The translations under genes were made by a program, and so were the position numbers. Of a DNA stretch of 64,000 bases, positions 61,814 through 64,000 are shown in pieces. The notes beneath the pieces were generated by a model. It saw nothing but the letters and a program-made list of their open reading frames with translations, searched no databases and was not told the DNA's origin. Source of the stretch: an uncultured Methylomirabilota bacterium (lineage in GTDB: Bacteria; Methylomirabilota; Methylomirabilia; Methylomirabilales; 2-02-FULL-66-22); NCBI GenBank assembly GCA_963705305.1, contig OY970067.1, positions 5,440,001-5,504,000 on the forward strand. The letters run 5' to 3'. Every line of letters begins with the position of its first letter. Position 1 is the stretch's first letter.

Positions 61814-63193
61814 ATGAAAAAGGATCTCCGCTCCTTCCTCAAATCCGTCGAAGAGAAATCTCCCGAGCTGCTCCTCCACGTAAAAAGGGAGGTCAGCCCC
61901 CGCTGGGAAGCCTCGGCCGTCCAGCGGCGGCTGGAGGCGGACGCCAGGCTGCCCATCCTGATCTTCGACAAGATCGCGGGCCACCAGATGAGGATGGTGA
62001 CCAATCTCTTCGCATCCAAGCGGCACCTGGCGCTGGCGCTGGATACCACCCCCGAGCGGATCGTCGCCACATTCACCGAGGCGCAGAAGCACCGCATCCC
62101 GCCACGGGTGGTGGACACCGGCCCGGTCAAGGAGGTGGTCCTGACCGGGGAGCCAGCGGATCTGCGGGGGCTGCCCCTCGTGACCCACTGCGAGAAGGAT
62201 GCCGGTCCCTACCTCTCCTCCGGCGTGACGATCATGCGGAACCCGTTCACCGGCGTCCTGAACGCAGGCCTGTACCGCAACCAGTACCTTTCCCCCCGGC
62301 GGCTCACTCTCAACCTCGCGCCGCTGTGCCACGCCTCCCAGATCACGGCGGAGGCCGAGGCCAGGGGGCAGGACGTTGACGCGGCGATCGTCATCGGCCA
62401 CCACCCCGCCCTGGGAATGGCATCCCAGCAGCGCGGGACCATCGGCGAGTACGAGCTGGAGACGATGGGGGGGCTGCTGGGGGAGCCCGTGGATGTGATC
62501 CCCTGTGAGACGGTGGATGTCCTGGTGCCCGCCGACGCCGAGATCGTGATCGAGGGGCGGGTCAGGACCGCCGACCGGGAAGAGGACGGCCCCTTCGGCG
62601 ACTACTGGCTGTACTACGCGCCGCCCAAGAAGGCCCGCGTCTTCGAGGTCACGGCCATCACCCGCCGACGCGACGCCATCTTCCATGACATCTTCAACGT
62701 CGGCCCGGAGCACCTGGTGCTGTTCTCCCTGGGGATGGAAGGAGTCGTGCTGTCGCAGCTCCAACAGCTTATCCCGCAGGTCCAGGCCATCAACGTTCCC
62801 GTCGCCGGCTCGGGGAATCTAGTCTATGTCCAGATCCGGAAAGATTTCGAGGGGCTGGGGGTCAACGCCGCCCTGGCTGCCTTGGGCGCCTACCGGTTCA
62901 AGTGTGCAGTGGTGGTGGACGAGGACGTGGACATCTATAACGACCAGAAGGTCCTCTGGGCGATCATGACCCGAACCCAGGCGGACCGGTCCTTCTTCAC
63001 CGTGCCCAACTCCTACATCTCGCGGGTGGATCCCACCGGGTACGCCCCCTGGCAATCCGGCGACGCGGGGGACCGCCTTCTCAGCACGCGGCTGGGTATC
63101 GACGCCACCAAGCCCCTGGACCCATCCTTCCCGCAGGTTGCGGAGCCCCCCAGAGGCCTGTGGACCACGCTTGATCTCGGGCAGTACCTCTAG
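61814..63193 (+). CDS. UbiD-family (prFMN-dependent) decarboxylase
   Basis: DLRSFL, DAGPY, NAGLYR, VPADAEIVIEG, DGPFGD, VVDEDVDI, GIDATKP. Confidence 0.9.
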   Translation: MKKDLRSFLKSVEEKSPELLLHVKREVSPRWEASAVQRRLEADARLPILIFDKIAGHQMRMVTNLFASKRHLALALDTTPERIVATFTEAQKHRIPPRVVDTGPVKEVVLTGEPADLRGLPLVTHCEKDAGPYLSSGVTIMRNPFTGVLNAGLYRNQYLSPRRLTLNLAPLCHASQITAEAEARGQDVDAAIVIGHHPALGMASQQRGTIGEYELETMGGLLGEPVDVIPCETVDVLVPADAEIVIEGRVRTADREEDGPFGDYWLYYAPPKKARVFEVTAITRRRDAIFHDIFNVGPEHLVLFSLGMEGVVLSQLQQLIPQVQAINVPVAGSGNLVYVQIRKDFEGLGVNAALAALGAYRFKCAVVVDEDVDIYNDQKVLWAIMTRTQADRSFFTVPNSYISRVDPTGYAPWQSGDAGDRLLSTRLGIDATKPLDPSFPQVAEPPRGLWTTLDLGQYL

Positions 63194-63276
63194 GAAGGTC
63201 GTTTCGGACGAGGGCCGCCGCGCCCCGGCAACCGTCGCGGTGGCCACGGAATGGCAGACATTCAGTGTATGGAGGT

Positions 63277-64000
63277 ATGACGATCATGACTCGGAGAATT
63301 CTCTGGACGGCAGTGCTGGCGCTCGCGGTTGTTCTCGGCGGCACCCCGGCGGTGCCGACCCCCGCTCTCGCGGCCGAGAAACCTCTGAAGAAGGTGATCT
63401 TCCTCACCAACTACGTCTTTCACGGGCGGCACTCCCCCTTCTTCGTAGGCCTGGACAAGGGATTTTACCGGGAAGCGGGCTTCGACATTCACATCGCCCC
63501 AGCCACGGGCAGCGGTTTCGTGGTCTCGGCCCTGGAGGGCGGGAAAGCCGACTACGGCATGGCGGAGTCCACCTCGGTGGTCCAGGCCGTCGCCAAGGGG
63601 GCCAAGGTCAAGGGATTTGAAGTCTTCATGGACATCACCACCAGCGGCCTGGCCTCCTTCAGCCCGTATCCGACGCCGGCGTCCCTCGCCGGTAAGACCA
63701 TCGCCGCTTCCCTGACCGATAGCGCCAGGGTTATCCTGCCGATCATCTTCCACCAGAAGGGCCTCGATCCCGACTCGGTGAAGTGGCTGGCGGCCGACCC
63801 GGGCGTCTATTTGCCGCTACTGCTGCAGGGGAAGGTAGACCTTTTCACCGCCTCCATCGACGGCGACGTGCCGGCTCTGATGAAGGTGGCCGCCCCACAG
63901 GGCAAGACGGTGTATTTCTCCTCCTTCGCCGACTGGGGCTATGACGTGTTCGGCTACTTCTTGGTGGCGCGGGCCGACCGGATCGCCCAGGACCCGGAGG
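63277..64000 (+). CDS. NMT1/THI5-like ABC substrate-binding protein, partial
   Basis: Signal peptide, then HSPFFVGLDKGFYREAGFDI; open to window end. Confidence 0.85.
   Translation, partial: MTIMTRRILWTAVLALAVVLGGTPAVPTPALAAEKPLKKVIFLTNYVFHGRHSPFFVGLDKGFYREAGFDIHIAPATGSGFVVSALEGGKADYGMAESTSVVQAVAKGAKVKGFEVFMDITTSGLASFSPYPTPASLAGKTIAASLTDSARVILPIIFHQKGLDPDSVKWLAADPGVYLPLLLQGKVDLFTASIDGDVPALMKVAAPQGKTVYFSSFADWGYDVFGYFLVARADRIAQDPE

Overview
High-GC bacterial chromosomal window; the gene content resembles Methylomirabilota/Rokubacteria-like organisms, but that is weak inference. Ordinary genes lie at both ends (anmK, HD-GYP protein, D-aminoacylase, mmsA, aspA, recD2, typA, uppP, UbiD-family, an IS1380). 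Five things stand out. (1) A PolB2-type DNA-damage cassette is split in two: inactive RadA-like + small MGRT/arCOG07300-like + SplB-like radical SAM at 7.7-10.2 kb, and the PolB2 polymerase at 45.1-47.5 kb. Both halves carry the same palindrome, ACCA(A/T)AC-N4-GTTTGGT, filling the -35/-10 spacer; it is a candidate SOS operator. (2) Two ~200-nt intergenic repeats (6806-7007, 8504-8711) share a fold with covarying stems, a candidate structured RNA or ssDNA element. (3) A decayed integron has an intI 3' remnant co-oriented with the cassettes, a putative attI and several attC sites, followed by ~28 kb of co-oriented cassette-like genes. (4) Two genes in that array have an in-frame UGA at a Cys position followed by a SECIS-like hairpin (MerB-like and CTP-synthase-GATase-like selenoproteins). 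(5) Two RAYT-like HUH transposase genes are bracketed by terminal inverted repeats. Several frameshifts look like sequencing indels. All calls come from reading the sequence; no searches were run.
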